The translations under genes and the position numbers were made by a program. The notes beneath the pieces were generated by a model. That model made no database searches. It was not told the DNA's origin and worked only from the letters and a program-made list of their open reading frames with translations. A stretch of DNA of 56,699 nt, filler included, from Sphacelaria rigidula (taxonomy: Eukaryota), in the NCBI GenBank assembly GCA_964200075.2. It is 6 parts of 6 records of this genome, joined end to end, with 100 filler letters (N's around TTAATTAATTAA, not from the genome) between each part and the next. Parts side by side here need not be neighbours in the genome. Positions count along the whole stretch, not along the records: positions 18,936 to 28,302 come from CAXNAA020008665.1; positions 28,403 to 37,768 come from CAXNAA020008666.1; 4 more parts are not named here. The stretch is one strand, 5' to 3'. Positions 22,075 through 35,725 of the stretch are shown in pieces (the first letter of the stretch is position 1; every line of letters starts with the position of its first letter).

Positions 22075-22590
22075 GGTTGGCATCGGTTGGCGATGACGCT
22101 GTACAACGCGCCACTCTTTACGGAAGCTAAGCAACCAGGCTACCGTTTTTTCTTGCGCGCTTGCATTTTGTTTGCGGTAAACATGATGGTAATCGAGCTA
22201 GATCATGTTGTGCGGCGTGGGAGAACCTCAACTCCGCACATAGGGAATGGTCGTACCACGTAGTGTTTAAATGGTGAGGCACCCACGAGGCAGTGTATAA
22301 GCCGTGGCTGTCTCAGGAAGTGGCGATACCAGATAGTCTCAGGAAGTGGCGATACCAGATAACAAAGCAACTCATTGTAGGCTGTCATCCAAATGCAAGA
22401 TAATCAGCAGGCCTCAAGTCGAACAATCTTAGCAGGATACTCGGGCTCACCCACCCTTCATGCGACTCGCCGAACACACCACGGCGCTCCGCGATTGGTG
22501 ATTGAGTGCGAGCCTGGTTCGGCGAGAACCCGGCGTACTCTGTCCTGGCTTTGTAGGGATGCGAGGTCACTGGTCGTATGCCATATGACT
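22075..22590. repeat. Dispersed repeat (inverted copy of 11485-11945), intronic
   Basis: Sequence match, plus a local duplication of tctcaggaagtggcgataccagata. Confidence 0.75.
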
Positions 22591-23834
22591 ATGGCATGCA
22601 TGATCATGAGTACACCCCGAAAAAAGTGGCTGGTTTGAGCAGGCAGAGTCTACATGTAAATCAAAACGACAAAAAGCCGAACATATCGAGCGGCTGGGAT
22701 TTTCCACCCTTGATATCGTTTTGGCCGATGTCGCCAACGTCAAGCACTTCATGCCGTCTGATACCAGCTATCTTGTGCTGTATGGCCATATTCTTCGTAA
22801 CAGGTTTGAGGCTAGTTAGGGGGGTGGGTGGGTGGGGGGCTATCGCGGAGTACTCCAACATGCCTGTGCCGTTTTTAATATCTCACCCGATCCGTCCTCG
22901 AACATATCTGCAAACGCAACCTGAGAAGACGCCATACCGAACGAAGGTAGAAACCAAGTACTCTTGTCTTGTCCCAAATTACCGCAGAGGTGTTTCATGT
23001 GCTGAGCAAGAGCGCTAACCCTTTCCATCCAAGACCGCACCAGATGATGTCGAAAAGGGTCCCGACCAAGAGGGTCGGGCAGGAATATGAGTGCTCCCCC
23101 CCCCTCCCCCTTCCCCCTCCCCCTGTTATTTTAATACTGGTTACATTGTTCTATTGTGTGTCACACCCGCGATGGTGGAGTCATGGTCAGTCTACTGTAT
23201 GCATAGTACTATCCCAACTGCCCGCTTACATCTTTTAGCTGCATTTTGTACACGTAGAGCCTCATGGCAGCGCTACACTCCAATTCGAGCCGGAAGTATG
23301 CTCCCACACACAGACGTACAACTCCACCCGAACATGATAACGCAAGCCGAAAAATCCAGATATGGACCTATAATAGATGAAGCACTTCCGTCGGTTGCTC
23401 CATTAGCGCGAAAGGCTTTCAAGGTCCGCTCCACGCCAAGTTTGCGGCATTTGGCGACTGAAGTACTGTCGCCGCGGCGCTGATCTCATCCCCTCCATTC
23501 TCTCGCTACGGCGGGTCATCAGCCGGTGACACGTTTCTGGCGGCAGGCTTCACCTCAAGGGGCCCAACTACCACGATTGCGACACGCCGAATATTTCGCG
23601 AACCGCACGTCGTCACTTTAATAGTCAAGGCTCCGCCTACCACCAAAAATCTCCGGCTGTTCGGTAAAGGAAGTTGATCACGAAACGCTATGTAAACGGT
23701 CCAATCGTGAGGTTTTTTTTAACGGAAACAAATAGTACAAGTACTTTGAGCTCGAATACACTCGGCGCACTCTCCGGGTCACCCCATCGCCAGCTCTACT
23801 GACGTGTTTGCGGGCCTGAACGAACTCATATGTT

Positions 23835-23874
23835 CCCTTCCCTTCCCTTCCCTTCCCTTCCCTTCCCTTCCCTT
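23835..23874. repeat. (CCCTT)8 microsatellite
   Basis: Seen directly. Confidence 0.9.
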
Positions 23875-26800
23875 CTCCGGACAAGGACTCTTCCGGTCGA
23901 GAAAGTAAGATCATTCCGAGGACCGAAATCGGGCATATTCTCTCCAAGCGACGAATGGTCAACATCAGACCATTCAATCAGCGCTGACCGAGTGGTGGGG
24001 TGATAACGCTCCCCTAACGCTGCTCCTTGTGATCTGAAAACAGGCGTCCCTCGGAAGAGTTTGTTTTTAACCTTTCCGTGAGGGTTTCGCCCAAGACAAG
24101 TGACTAGGCAGATTCTGCCACCTTCGAACGTTCAGTGTTTAGTGTTTGGTGTTTAGTGTTTAGTGACGTTTGCTCTTCTGCTCAAGGGCATCCCGGTACA
24201 GTGTGTTTGTGGCGTTTTCCGGTGCACGAAGTTTGACCTTTGCGTGAATTGCGGATTTTCCACGCCAATTCCCAAAATATATCATCTGCGCGGAAACGCA
24301 TATATGATCCAGGTTTGTCTGGACTTCGATCGTTCGTCCGAGAAATTTACTACAAGTTTGGGCAGATATTTTACTGCGGTCACCGGAAAACGCAAAGATG
24401 CCCCGGAACCGTCTCACCCAGTATAGCGAGATATTCCATCATCAAAATCGTCCTTGACACTCTTTTGAGACGTAGTACGACGCAGAAGGACCCCAGAAGG
24501 ATCACAAGGGCAGTTTTCCAGGAGACATGTATTTTTAGAGCATAAGAAGCAGCGTAACGAAGAAAACAAGTAGTTCGAGCTTGAAAGTCGTCGGTGCGTT
24601 CTCCTTTTCACTTGTCGATACTGACGTATTTCCGGAACTGATCCTAGCATCGTCGTTCCTTCCTTTCCCGCGAAATAATTCGACCGTCCGCAAAAGAAAG
24701 ATTGGACACGCCGAGAATCGAATCAAGTCCAGTCTACGTTCCGAGAGGGAAACTGTGTTATTAGACCGCTCAGTCAGCACTGACTGGTGACTACATTGGA
24801 TTCATCCAAAAAATGAATTTCTTCCCTCTCCTCCAGGGAAACTTCCTTCCCTCAAGAACGCACCGAGAATCGAAATCGCGTTTAATTTCTCTCGCCTTTT
24901 CAACTTCGTTTTCGACGCTTCGCCAAACTTATTTGTCCACCCCGAGTGTGGGACTTTGTGCAACAAATTACCCACGAAATCTGCGGATTCTACCACCCAC
25001 CGTGTTTGCATCACGCGTGGGCAATCCTGCAACTATATATTCTGTCCGTCGTTCTAGTGTTGAGGGCATTTTGTACTCCCAATCAGAAGGCAGTGACAGC
25101 AGCGCCACCGTTCCGCTCGGCACAACTTCACCAAAGCAGATTTTTTCCCGCCATTAGACGTCAGGTGTATCAAAACCGCGGATCTAGTGAAGATGCCGAA
25201 GACGAATATGGTTTTCAGGAACAGAACCAGCGCAAAGGAACAGAACCAGCGCAAAGCAGGACGTTAAAACTCAGCTCGACGAACACTAGTAAGCACGCCC
25301 ATCGAAGCGCCCGCCCCCGGGACCAATGATTCCCACGAAGACATGAAACTAATGAAGGGCGCAGGGCGCTGATATCGAGGACGAGGACGACAACGTGAGA
25401 GGCGGGGGAATCCGACATGAATCTAGACAACGACGACAACAGCGACGCGGGCAGCGATGCGGTCGCCACAGAGCCGGAGGATAACAGTACTGTACTGCAT
25501 AGGTACAGGCTCAGGGCAACCGCGTGCGTTTCGACGGACATGTATACTACAGTAGTGTTCGTCGGGCTGAGCCTTCAAGTACTACGCTGCACTGATTCTG
25601 TTCCTGAAAGCAGAGCTTGTTTTGCCACTGGCCTTTTGTTTATGGGACTAAGACGTCAACGGGATCAAAATCGCTCATCTATTGACCATGCCGAGTAGGT
25701 ATATGACTTTCACGAACAGAATCAGGACGAGGTACGACGTGAAGACTCAGCGCAACGAACACCATAATGCACGCCTGTCGAAACGCCCACGCTCACCATG
25801 AGCTTACATCTGTGCAGCACTGTTATCCTCTTGTTCCGTGGCGACCCTATTGCTGCCCGCATCGTGGCTGTCGTGGCTGTCTAGGATCATGTGGGATCCC
25901 CCGCTGCTCACATTCTCCTGTCTCGTCCGTTTGACCACTTTCGACCTCCAGTACTCGTAGTTCCACAAGGGAACGAGGTCCGTGTGTCAAGCGAAAACGC
26001 TGTAAAAACCAAGACCTTGTTTACGCTAATAGAATGAAAACCTGTTGACCACAATCCACACCGAAAGCGCCCATGTAAGAACTCGGCGACGAAATGCATT
26101 TATACCTCGAGAACGTTGTCTTCTATCAGCAACTTATACGTATACAGCATGTATGAAGCGTGCGTGTGTATGTATGAAGTGAATCTACTCGATGGGTAGT
26201 TCTTCCCACAAATTTACCCCCCGCGATTTCATGTTTATACAGGTGGCACGTACATTTTTGGTCGCAGATTTTTCGACTCACACTAATGGCTGCATGTGCA
26301 TCACAAAGTGTACCCTATTCGTGACATATGTGATAACTCCAATTATCGCCCCCGCATGCTTTTCACTCATTTTGCATCTTGCAACGAGCTGGCGGATCAC
26401 CTTTTCTTCAGCCCATGGGCTTTTTTTGCATATATATGCATAAGTTCCATGCATTGCCCATATTGCATACGTGTTCATCATGCCCTACGTCAGTGACGCA
26501 TTTCATTTCCGCGGCAATTTGTTGTCATAGTTGACGGCAGTCTTTGTCGCACGTTTGCGTGATTTCTGACTGCATGTATGTTTCTTACACGTTGACGAAA
26601 GTAAACAGCCCTATTTTTGTGTGGAAATCAGTGGCACTAAGGTACACCTCCTTCGGCGTACATCCGCCTAATTGTGAGCACTCCAAACCCAAAAGCTGTA
26701 GATTTGAACGTTACATGAGGGTTTAGGGGGTCACGGAGCGCCGAGTGGGTGGAGCAATGCACGATGCTCACGTGCAAAGAGAGCACGCATGGCGCGTACT

Positions 26801-27187
26801 TGAGTAACAAAACCTCCGCTCACCAATGCGTTATCCACGTGAAAAAATCGCGTATACCTCTATTTTCTGTGTTCAACAGCCGTGCGCATGTGTTTTGGAA
26901 CTTCAGGCGCGTGCGGGGAATGCGCACAGGCGACATGCACTCTCAGTTAGGACCAGCGAGACTGGCTGTGTAGCTGTGTCACTTAAATTATGTCGCGCTC
27001 CAGTTTCACGTTTGCAGTGAAATCGGGGATACTTCTGTGTACAAGGATCAGTCTTCATTTGCACCTGCTTTCGTTTGTCGACTCGGCTGTGACTTGGTGG
27101 AGAATCTCACGCGTTTGGAGGCCAAGAAGCGTACGAATTGGCCCTGACTACGGATTTCACGACAGTACGATAGCATGTAGTGCGTAC

Positions 27188-27268
27188 CTCTCGGAGCTCC
27201 GCCTCGCCCTGCGCCTTGACGGTGAGAATGTTGAGCGGGTTCAGCTTCACGATCGGCACGTCAGCAGC
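27188..27268 (-). CDS. Upstream internal exon of the same NAD(P)-binding protein
   Basis: cag|AADVPIVKLNPLNILTVKAQGEAELRE|gtac, 81 bp, with the K..GE..LR motif; splices over a 5.65 kb intron to AGVPY. Confidence 0.85.
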
Positions 27269-28260
27269 CTGCAGTTGCAAGTACCAGAGGCACACCCATT
27301 TGTTACACAACCAATTTCAAACATCCCGAGAGGCAATGAGTTTATGACAAGAAAAATGACCTAACAGCGCATATACTGTGCTCTATAAGCGGTCGGTGTG
27401 TATACAGCCTGTGGTGGCGGTGGCAGTCAGGCAATTCGTCGCAGAATTCGCGATAGCCCGATTGTGGTAACGTCCAAAGTCTACCTCTGCTAATCAGTCC
27501 GCTAGGCCCCATCAAATGAAGCACACCAATGAGGACGATGCGGAACTTCCCCGAAAGCAAGTGCACCATGATCAACTGTACAGACACAAGATCGGAAGTT
27601 GCAGCCGATTGTCAGTAGATCATTTGATATCCAAAGCATTTGATAACTTGAAAGTTAAAGATGTCTGCCTGCTGAATAAATTCATGATACAATAGGAGAA
27701 CCATGGCATGAAATATTCGCTGCGCACTCTCGACGATGAGGCGTTGACTCGTTCCAACCCAATAACGGAGCATGAATGCTATCCAGGGTACGGCAACCAT
27801 AATAACAGTGTACGTACGCATCGTCAGTGTAAAGATTTGTGTTGATTCGCTGGCACTATGTAGAGGAACTTCACCTGCCTGCCTCCATAACGACAGACAT
27901 ATCTGCGGAAACAACAGGTATCAACTACCAGAGCCGTTTTGAGCTCCGGTGCCTCATCGATTGTCACGACGGCTTTTCTTGTGGGTGCTTCATTGACTAT
28001 TAATACATTTGCCACACCGCAGGATAGGCCGCCTTCTCCTCGCTGCTCCATAAAGGTCTGGTCACGGCCGCGCTCGATAGCAACACAAACCTGAGCATAG
28101 CCAAAAACGCGTTGCACATTGGGTTGGTTGAAGTGGCATTGTGCGAACCAAATCCAGGTACATGGTGTAGGTCGCACCTCAAGATCATTCGTGTAGCACG
28201 CACATGTTCACTTGGCACGAAGAAGGGCGAAAACGAACGACAAACGGTCGGTTGATATGG

Positions 28261-28302
<42 letters not shown>
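28261..28302. repeat. (CTA)14 microsatellite at the contig end
   Basis: Seen directly. Confidence 0.95.
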
Positions 28303-28402
28303 NNNNNNNNNNNNNNNNNNNNNNNNNNNNNNNNNNNNNNNNNNNNTTAATTAATTAANNNNNNNNNNNNNNNNNNNNNNNNNNNNNNNNNNNNNNNNNN
28401 NN
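28303..28402. other. Artificial contig linker
   Basis: N44-TTAATTAATTAA-N44. Confidence 0.97.
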
Positions 28403-29492
28403 TTTTCCCATTTCGATTTACCTAAAGATTTTGCCTCCCAAAACCATGTACTTTTTTGGGGGGGGCTATCGTAGAAAGTGTCCGGGGTGTTTCGGGTCCA
28501 ACGATTCACGAGGGAGTGAAGGTCGTGGAGACGCAGGATCAAAAAGGAAAAAAATCAAAAGAAACGAGAGAAAACAAATATAATGGACACCGACACATGA
28601 CAGTTTGCTAAGGAAGCCCTTGGGGTATCGGGCATCCGTTGGCACAAATGTCGAACACAAAGCTGGTTACGTAAGTAACATTTACTAAGGACGCCCTTGG
28701 GGTATCGGTCATCCATTTTCGCAAATGTTGGGCTGGAAAGAAGAGACGGGTCGTCTCGGGTCCGACAGACCACTAGAATCGCCTGTGGTGGCGGCTTCCG
28801 TGGAGGTCGGAGAGACGCAGGAACAAAAACAAGAAAAACCAAAACAATATCCTAGAGAAAAATGTGGCTGAGACTCTCACGGCTAGCAAGGAGCAAGTGC
28901 AGGGAGTGTCTGAGCACAAAATGGATGACAGTAGAAGGAAAGACTACAACGTGGTCTCAGTTCTCCGGAAATGTCGAGCCAAACGGGGACGGAAGGGTGA
29001 AGTTGCGGAATATTCGCAACTCACAACTTGATATGAGCACACACACGTCCTCAAGTGATTCACCCGGTCACCAATTTCAGGTGGGTTGATGGATGTAAAA
29101 CCTCAATGTGGGTTCTTCATAAATACCGTACGGCGGGCTATGACAGTAGGTCGAGCCAACTGTCGAAAACAAACGCTCGTGCCAATGCGCTTGTATCACC
29201 TTGTCTGGGAACACAAATGTATTCGGAAAAGGGCACCACAGTTCCAGAACCAGATCAACCCCACCTACAACATGCGACGGCTCCAAAATGACATGGAAAC
29301 GCGACCAGGGCCAGGCACACACAAAGACATACACATACAGGCATACGCGCACATAGATATGCGCATACATACACACACATACACACACATTCACATACAC
29401 ATAACAACAAGGGGGGGGAGGGGGGGTTGCGGCCATGGCGTCGAAGCAGCTAGGCGACGAAACGGAGAAAATAGGACAGCACGCATCAAGTC

Positions 29493-31530
29493 TCATTTTC
29501 CCTCCATGACGGTATTCCGGAGAATGGCGTCGTCGAAGTTGCCGTCGTCATCACGCTGTAGACAGCAGGACCCGCGGCGAGCGGACGACGCTTCAGTGTA
29601 GTAAGCATCGTCTAAAATGAGCTTCAGGGGGCCGGGGTCATCGAGGAAGCGGGTATAGTAGGAGTTGTCGGAGTCGGGTGCTGGTGAGTGAATCTTGCAC
29701 AGCCACCGGAGGGAGTCCTGCGCCTTGTACCAGAAGTACGCACCCTTCGGTAGACGTTTCCTGCGAAAAGAAAGCAAGTATTGCGCACGCGAAACAAGGC
29801 TATATAGCCAGCCACGATGAACCGGGCCGAATGCTCCCGGGCCAGCTCCCGTGCCGCCGCGCCTTTCCGCATAGACCTGTATCTTCGGTTCAACGGACGG
29901 TGTTGCGCAACATCGCCTACCTAGTACAACAACATTTGTCTACAGGTGATCCGCATCAATCCTTTCCAGTGCGTCTGATACATCACTGCTATTTTACCAC
30001 CACGACCGCGGACTAGTTGGTGTCCGCTGATATGATCGACTACCACGCGTTCCACGGGGGCGTGAACATCTTCAGCCGTGACATAAAAAGGCGGCGACTT
30101 GGTGGCGTGCCTCGCCAATACGTACTGGCTGAGTCCTAACGGCAACTATTTGGGCATGTCAGTGGTGTCGTGCGGGGCATTGCAAGGTTTACAGCGCCAG
30201 ACAGACACGCAGTTTTTCTGCGGAGGCCCAGCTTTATCAGTGGGGAAATCGAGGTACAAAAGGTTTCCCTGATGGGTTGATCATCCGGTGCTGTAGCACA
30301 TGGCCCAACGCCCAACATTTTCCACGGCCTGGTCCAATTGAGGGACAGCTTGGCCTTCAACACCTCATCCGGCGAATCCTTACTCGCGCTGGCTCCTTGG
30401 CGAATCGTCTGTACACCGTTGTACACCCACGCCCATGCACCTACCTTCCACACTGGATGTTTATACATCGCCACATCCAACGTGGCAGTGGCACTGATCG
30501 CTTTTGCCAAATTGATTTGATTTTGCTCGCGCACCAACCTATGCCAACCGCAGACGATGACTCAAAAGGTCATGATGCTCCCTGATATCCCGGTCCAACA
30601 TCTGATGATCGCCCACGTTGCGGCGCTCGAATATGGTCAACGGCAGCCGTGGCATGCGACCAATGTGGATTTCATTTGGTGCAATGCCGGTGGCGGCGTA
30701 GATCGAGTTGTTCTAGTTCAGTTGGAATAAGGGCACATGCAGATCCTAATCTGTTTGTCGTTCGTTTGTGACGGCTGGCAGCATTTGCGCCATCGCATGG
30801 TTGACACGTTCCGTTCCACCGTTCGTTCGGGGGTGGTACGGACTTACAAAGATACGATGGAAACCCAGTAGTGTACTGACCGCAGCAAAACGTTTGCCGG
30901 AAAGACATTTGCCATTGACGAACAATAACTTCCGGGGACCGGCATGCATGACGGAGTGACAACTGAATCGATCATTTAGAAATAGAATGTACTTGTTGCT
31001 ACTTTCCATGAGCGGCAACGGTCCGAAATACTCCCAAGATATAACTTCACCGGGCCCATTGGGGAGCGGCATGGACATGATTGGTCAACGCACAGCTTCG
31101 GAAGACGTTTTGCGCGCCTGACAAATCAAACAACGACGTACCCACCAACAGACACTTTGGTCGACACCTACCCACCAGTAGAATCGCTCGATGAACTAGG
31201 TCGTCCGAATTGTTACCATATCGGTCGAACTGTTGAAATTGCACTCGTGCAGGACCCATGGTCGCAGCAGCATCGGCACGTACGTGCAAAGAGATCATCG
31301 ACCGAGTAGTCGAACATATCTACCAGTAGGACGGTCTGAGGTGTCCGCGTGGGTTTGCGGATTAAAAGTACAATGTCGTCATCATCCATGTGTAGTTTTC
31401 TTGTGCGGCCAGCTCAACAACTTCATCCTGTATGGGTGCCCGGCACCGTCCGAGGATATCCACAGAGGGGAATGGAAGTTGGCCATTTTGGAACAGGTGA
31501 AGTATTGTGAAGTATTGCTGCGCGGCACGT
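29493..31530 (-). mobile_element. Degenerate Ty3/gypsy integrase with chromodomain and PWWP/Tudor-like tail (copy 1)
   Basis: FYWW...VRRCLICQARK, W(E)YFGPLP, YHPRTNGGTERVN, KLSLNWT.PW, ISGHQLVRGRGGKIAVMYQTHWKG, GAYFWYKA; multiple frameshifts. Confidence 0.88.
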
Positions 31531-32212
31531 AGGCTTGGCTAACTGTTCTCGCGCCTTATTTTGGCGGGAAAGAAAAAAACGTTTTCTTTTCTTTTCGTTT
31601 ACCCTCATTCTACTAGAAATGAGATCGCGTACTTGTAGAATGAATACAAATGGGGGGGGCAGGGGGGGGGGGGGGGGGGTGAGCTCCGGTGCGGCGGCAA
31701 CATTGAAGCGGGGGCCCGTGACACGGAAAAGGCCCTATCCAAATATGGTTTTCGCATTGGTGTTGGCATTTCCAGAAACCAAGAGGAGGAATCGAGGGGG
31801 CAAGCCACCTGGCGCCGTTTCCGGGGCAGAAGGTATCAGCCCACTCATGCGCAAACCGAACGTTTTTTTTTCCGTGTCAGCCCACTCATGCCAAAACCCG
31901 GAGTCTCGGTGTCAGCCCACTCATGCTCAAACCTGGAGTTTTGGAGGCTTGCGCGAATGATCTCCGCCGTGAGGTCGCTGATTATGACTACTTGTACTTG
32001 ATCAGCCAGCAGCGGGTTTGTGCGAGACGGGCGTGTGGCGATGGGGGTCGTTCCTTATGGCACGTTGATTTTAAACGGGGCCATCGTGCATCGACCTAAA
32101 TCCAGAGGTGAGGTGGAAAATCGCGCGGCATAGCGGATCAGAACATCTACAAATTTGTCGATGACCACTGCAGTACAACCGACACCGTCGAGATTGAGGG
32201 TGATGTGACAGG

Positions 32213-32970
32213 TGTGGTGGAACGTCATTCCATAGTTGTCGACGTATTCGTTAGCAGAGCAAGCCGCAACCCAAGATGGGTGAGTACGTGACCCACTGGT
32301 CCTGTTTTCGAGTCGTTAACTCAAACAGTAGGGTCTCTCACACACAACGCACTCGTCAACAGCAGGCAGCAGTTATTGAAAGTAAGCACCAAGCTCTTTC
32401 GGAAAAAGTAAACACCAATTGAAACCAAAGGGGTTATGTTACTCGTGACTTACTCGTGTTATAGCTCGTCACGGCTTGCCGGCAGAAAGTGAGACGTCGC
32501 GTAGAGCAGATGAAAAGCTGATGGTCCTTCTTGTGATTAGTTCTACGATAGCTGTTTCTCTGGTAGGTGGAGTGCAAGTGAGCATCGTAGGCGATGCTGC
32601 TCACGATTACCCTCGAAAGCTCCTAGCTACGCATACAATCTTGTCATATAAATACCAATCAGCGTGACGCACTGTGCCTTAAGCCAATCAAAGCTGTAGT
32701 AGCAGCAGGTACACGCGGCTAATCGTGTGCAATCCTGTATCTACCTTCAAGCATCTGTGTCAACAATAAAAGGATCAAAATCCTGCCTCATACAAACATA
32801 TATTCGTCTAGAATCTTTCCATACCCGCCGGTCGTTTGTAGGGACCATCTGCATATCCACAAATAACTAGTTTTAATTCAGGCACTCAGTCATTTACCAT
32901 CACATTATCCCACCCTGGATCGTTCAAGTGCAGTCCTTTTTCAGAAGAGACGAACGTGCATCGAGCCACA
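32213..32970 (-). repeat. Probable 3' LTR of gypsy copy 2
   Basis: TGTGG...CCACA ends, abutting a minus-strand polypurine tract (cctctcccaccac at 32971); partner LTR not in the contig. Confidence 0.5.
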
Positions 32971-34553
32971 CCTCTCCCACACCACAGAAAAACTGAGACT
33001 ACATTTGAAAATCGAGTCCTCTTCGGTACGGGGAACGGCAAGGGGCGATCAACACAAAAAAAAACAAGAAAATACAAACACAAGCACAAAGCAAAGAGAA
33101 TAAAAAAAAATCGAACCGACACAATGATTCGGGTTCCTCATGTTCCGTGAGTTCTTGAGACGGGGTCATGGGAAATTAAAAATTAAAAAATTAAAAAGAA
33201 GACCCAAAATCAACGATCAAACCATATACCATAAAATGCAGTGTCTCCAGAATGTCGTAAGCATTTCCGTGATAGATACAGGAAATCAGAGACCAATCAT
33301 TGAAATGATTATCCTACCCTGCCATAACTATATCATGTATAAATAGTTTGCTCTTTTCCGAATGTCCGATTTGTTTTGGGTCATTGGTAGAAAACAAGCA
33401 AGCCCGCCAAGGCATTATATCACTTCGATAACCAAGTTCATACTAATCACTCGCCCCAGTCAATCAGCAAAAGCAAACAAAGTACAGCCGAGTTCATCGC
33501 GGAAATGATAGTTTCCCGCGAAAACCATACGTTGATGAAAAAAAAAAAAATGATACGGACAAACCAACTAGTTTGAGGTGAGTGAATTGTCCGTACATGT
33601 TTGTGAGAACAACGACTTGCTTGGGACGTCTGGTTAATGATCCAGTCGTACAGCATTTTTTGTTTTCTCACACGACGATACGAAAACAACTGACCGGTTT
33701 GTGAGGTCAGGTGTCCGTACACCTCAAAAGAAACGTGGTGGACAACACACAACCTTTGGGCCTACTACGCAGTTCCGAGGCGGATCACCCAACACATTTC
33801 TGAACCACGACAAATACACAGGACATAGAGGACCAACGCAGCCCACTCCTCACAGTATTTGCCCGTTCGGACTAAAACAAGACTGGCCCGAACACAAACT
33901 GGAGTAAAACCACAGCCGGTCGCACCGCCACGTTACTTCGTCCAATAATTCCTGATAAAAACAAAACACCACCGACCAATTTCAGGGGCGGGTAATTGTA
34001 CGCAAAAACTGGTAAAAGTGACAGAAAAAAATAGCGAGTCGCGGACTCTGAGCCTGTAGTCTGTACCAACGGTCGAGTATCGACATGGCGGAACGGACAG
34101 TTCCGAAAGAGAGATCTACCTCATGATGATACGTGATGGTCCTGTATGAGGAGACGTTTGCAACCGATCTTACCGCGACTTCATCAACAATTCTTCAACA
34201 TCGCTATGTACGACGCGGCCAGTGGTGGCCTCGTTGTAACTTATCAATCACCAAAGTATGAATCATCGCGTCGCATTACCCGTGACCCTCCTATAAACGA
34301 GGTCGGTCACATGCGTCAGGACTCGCAAAACAAAAGGCCAAGTGTTCTAGACTCGAGGGTCAGGAATGTTGGAACACTTGTGGCGAAATTCCCGACATAG
34401 ACGCAGAAACCAAAACCAAAAAAAATACAAAACCAGGGGCACGCTGGGCAACAGCGAAAACGAAAATCCGCAACATAAGGCAGAAAAGCTACACGTGGCA
34501 ACCGTCCTTGTGAAAGGGAGCGGTTATCGTGTGTGTACGAAGCAAGCAGGGTC

Positions 34554-35140
34554 AAAAGTTCCAGCCAAGAAGGTCAAAACATGTCAGGCAAACCCATGTT
34601 AATATAAAACTCAACGTAGGCGCACACAAAAAGGGAACACGTCACGACCGATCCCGAAAAGAGAGGGGGTATGTGTGTACGGAGCGGTTGGGCAAGAGTG
34701 TAATTATACCAGACGGGGAGGTTCGGTATATGCAGCGCTTGCTCCTAAAACTCTCAACCGAAAAAGTTCCAGCCAAGAAGGTTAAAACATGTCAGGCAAA
34801 CCCATGTTAATATAAAACTCAACGTAGGCGCACACAAAAAGGGAACACCTCACGACCGATGCCGAAGAGGGAGTGGGTGTATGTGTACGGAGCGGTTGGG
34901 CAAGAGCGCAATTATACCAGACGGGGAGGTTTGGTATATGCAGCGCTTGCTCCTAAAACTCTCAACCGAAAAGACAAAAATTGAAAAAAAATACAGACAA
35001 CATATGACACAAAAAGGCACGTCATGACCGATCCCGAAGAGGGAGGCGGCATTCGCGTGCGGAGCGATTGAACAAGAGCGCAAGTATTCCAGACGTGGGC
35101 GTCAGGTATGGCTAGCGCTTGCTCCGTTAATTCTTCCATC
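34554..35140. repeat. Tandem duplication of about 208 bp (two near-identical units plus one decayed) in the gypsy 3' non-coding region
   Basis: aaaagttccagccaagaagg.aaaacatgtcaggc at 34554 and 34762. Confidence 0.85.
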
Positions 35141-35725
35141 AAAACAAACAATCAAAAATAAAGAGACCATGTAATAACAAAGCAAGACAACATGTGCGTA
35201 CAACGAAAACAAATGAAGACATGAATAACTCGTGGTAACTGTTCCGGTGGACGGAACGGTTGTAAATGTGCGGCGCGGAGGACGGAGGTTCAAGGTTCCA
35301 GACTCGGGGTCAGGAATGGAACGGTCGTTACGTGTACTTCGCCAGATGAACCCAGAAGTACCCAAGAAAAGTACCCATTGGACACAAAAAATTGAAAAAA
35401 AAGCACGAGGCGAAAAGGAAAAAAAACAAAAACAAAAACAAACAAAGACAACAACAAGTCAAAACAATTGGCGCAAAGGCAAAGAAAATCGAAGCAGAAA
35501 ATCAGGGTCCAAAGCAAGAAAAAGCAAAACACAACCGAAAAAAATACAAAAACAAAAACAAAATACCATATACCAATTACAAAACACAACATCAACCACT
35601 ACAAGCACGAGGTGAAGGGGGGGGGGGGGAACACATGGTTTCCCAACGACGCTACAGTGCAAGACAAGCGACTCGAACGCGGTACACTACGCAAGGTGAA
35701 TGGGGAAGAAGACTCGGATGCGGCA

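Noticed and set aside
27300-28250. Decayed coding-looking sequence
   Set aside because: Stops in all frames and no identifiable family
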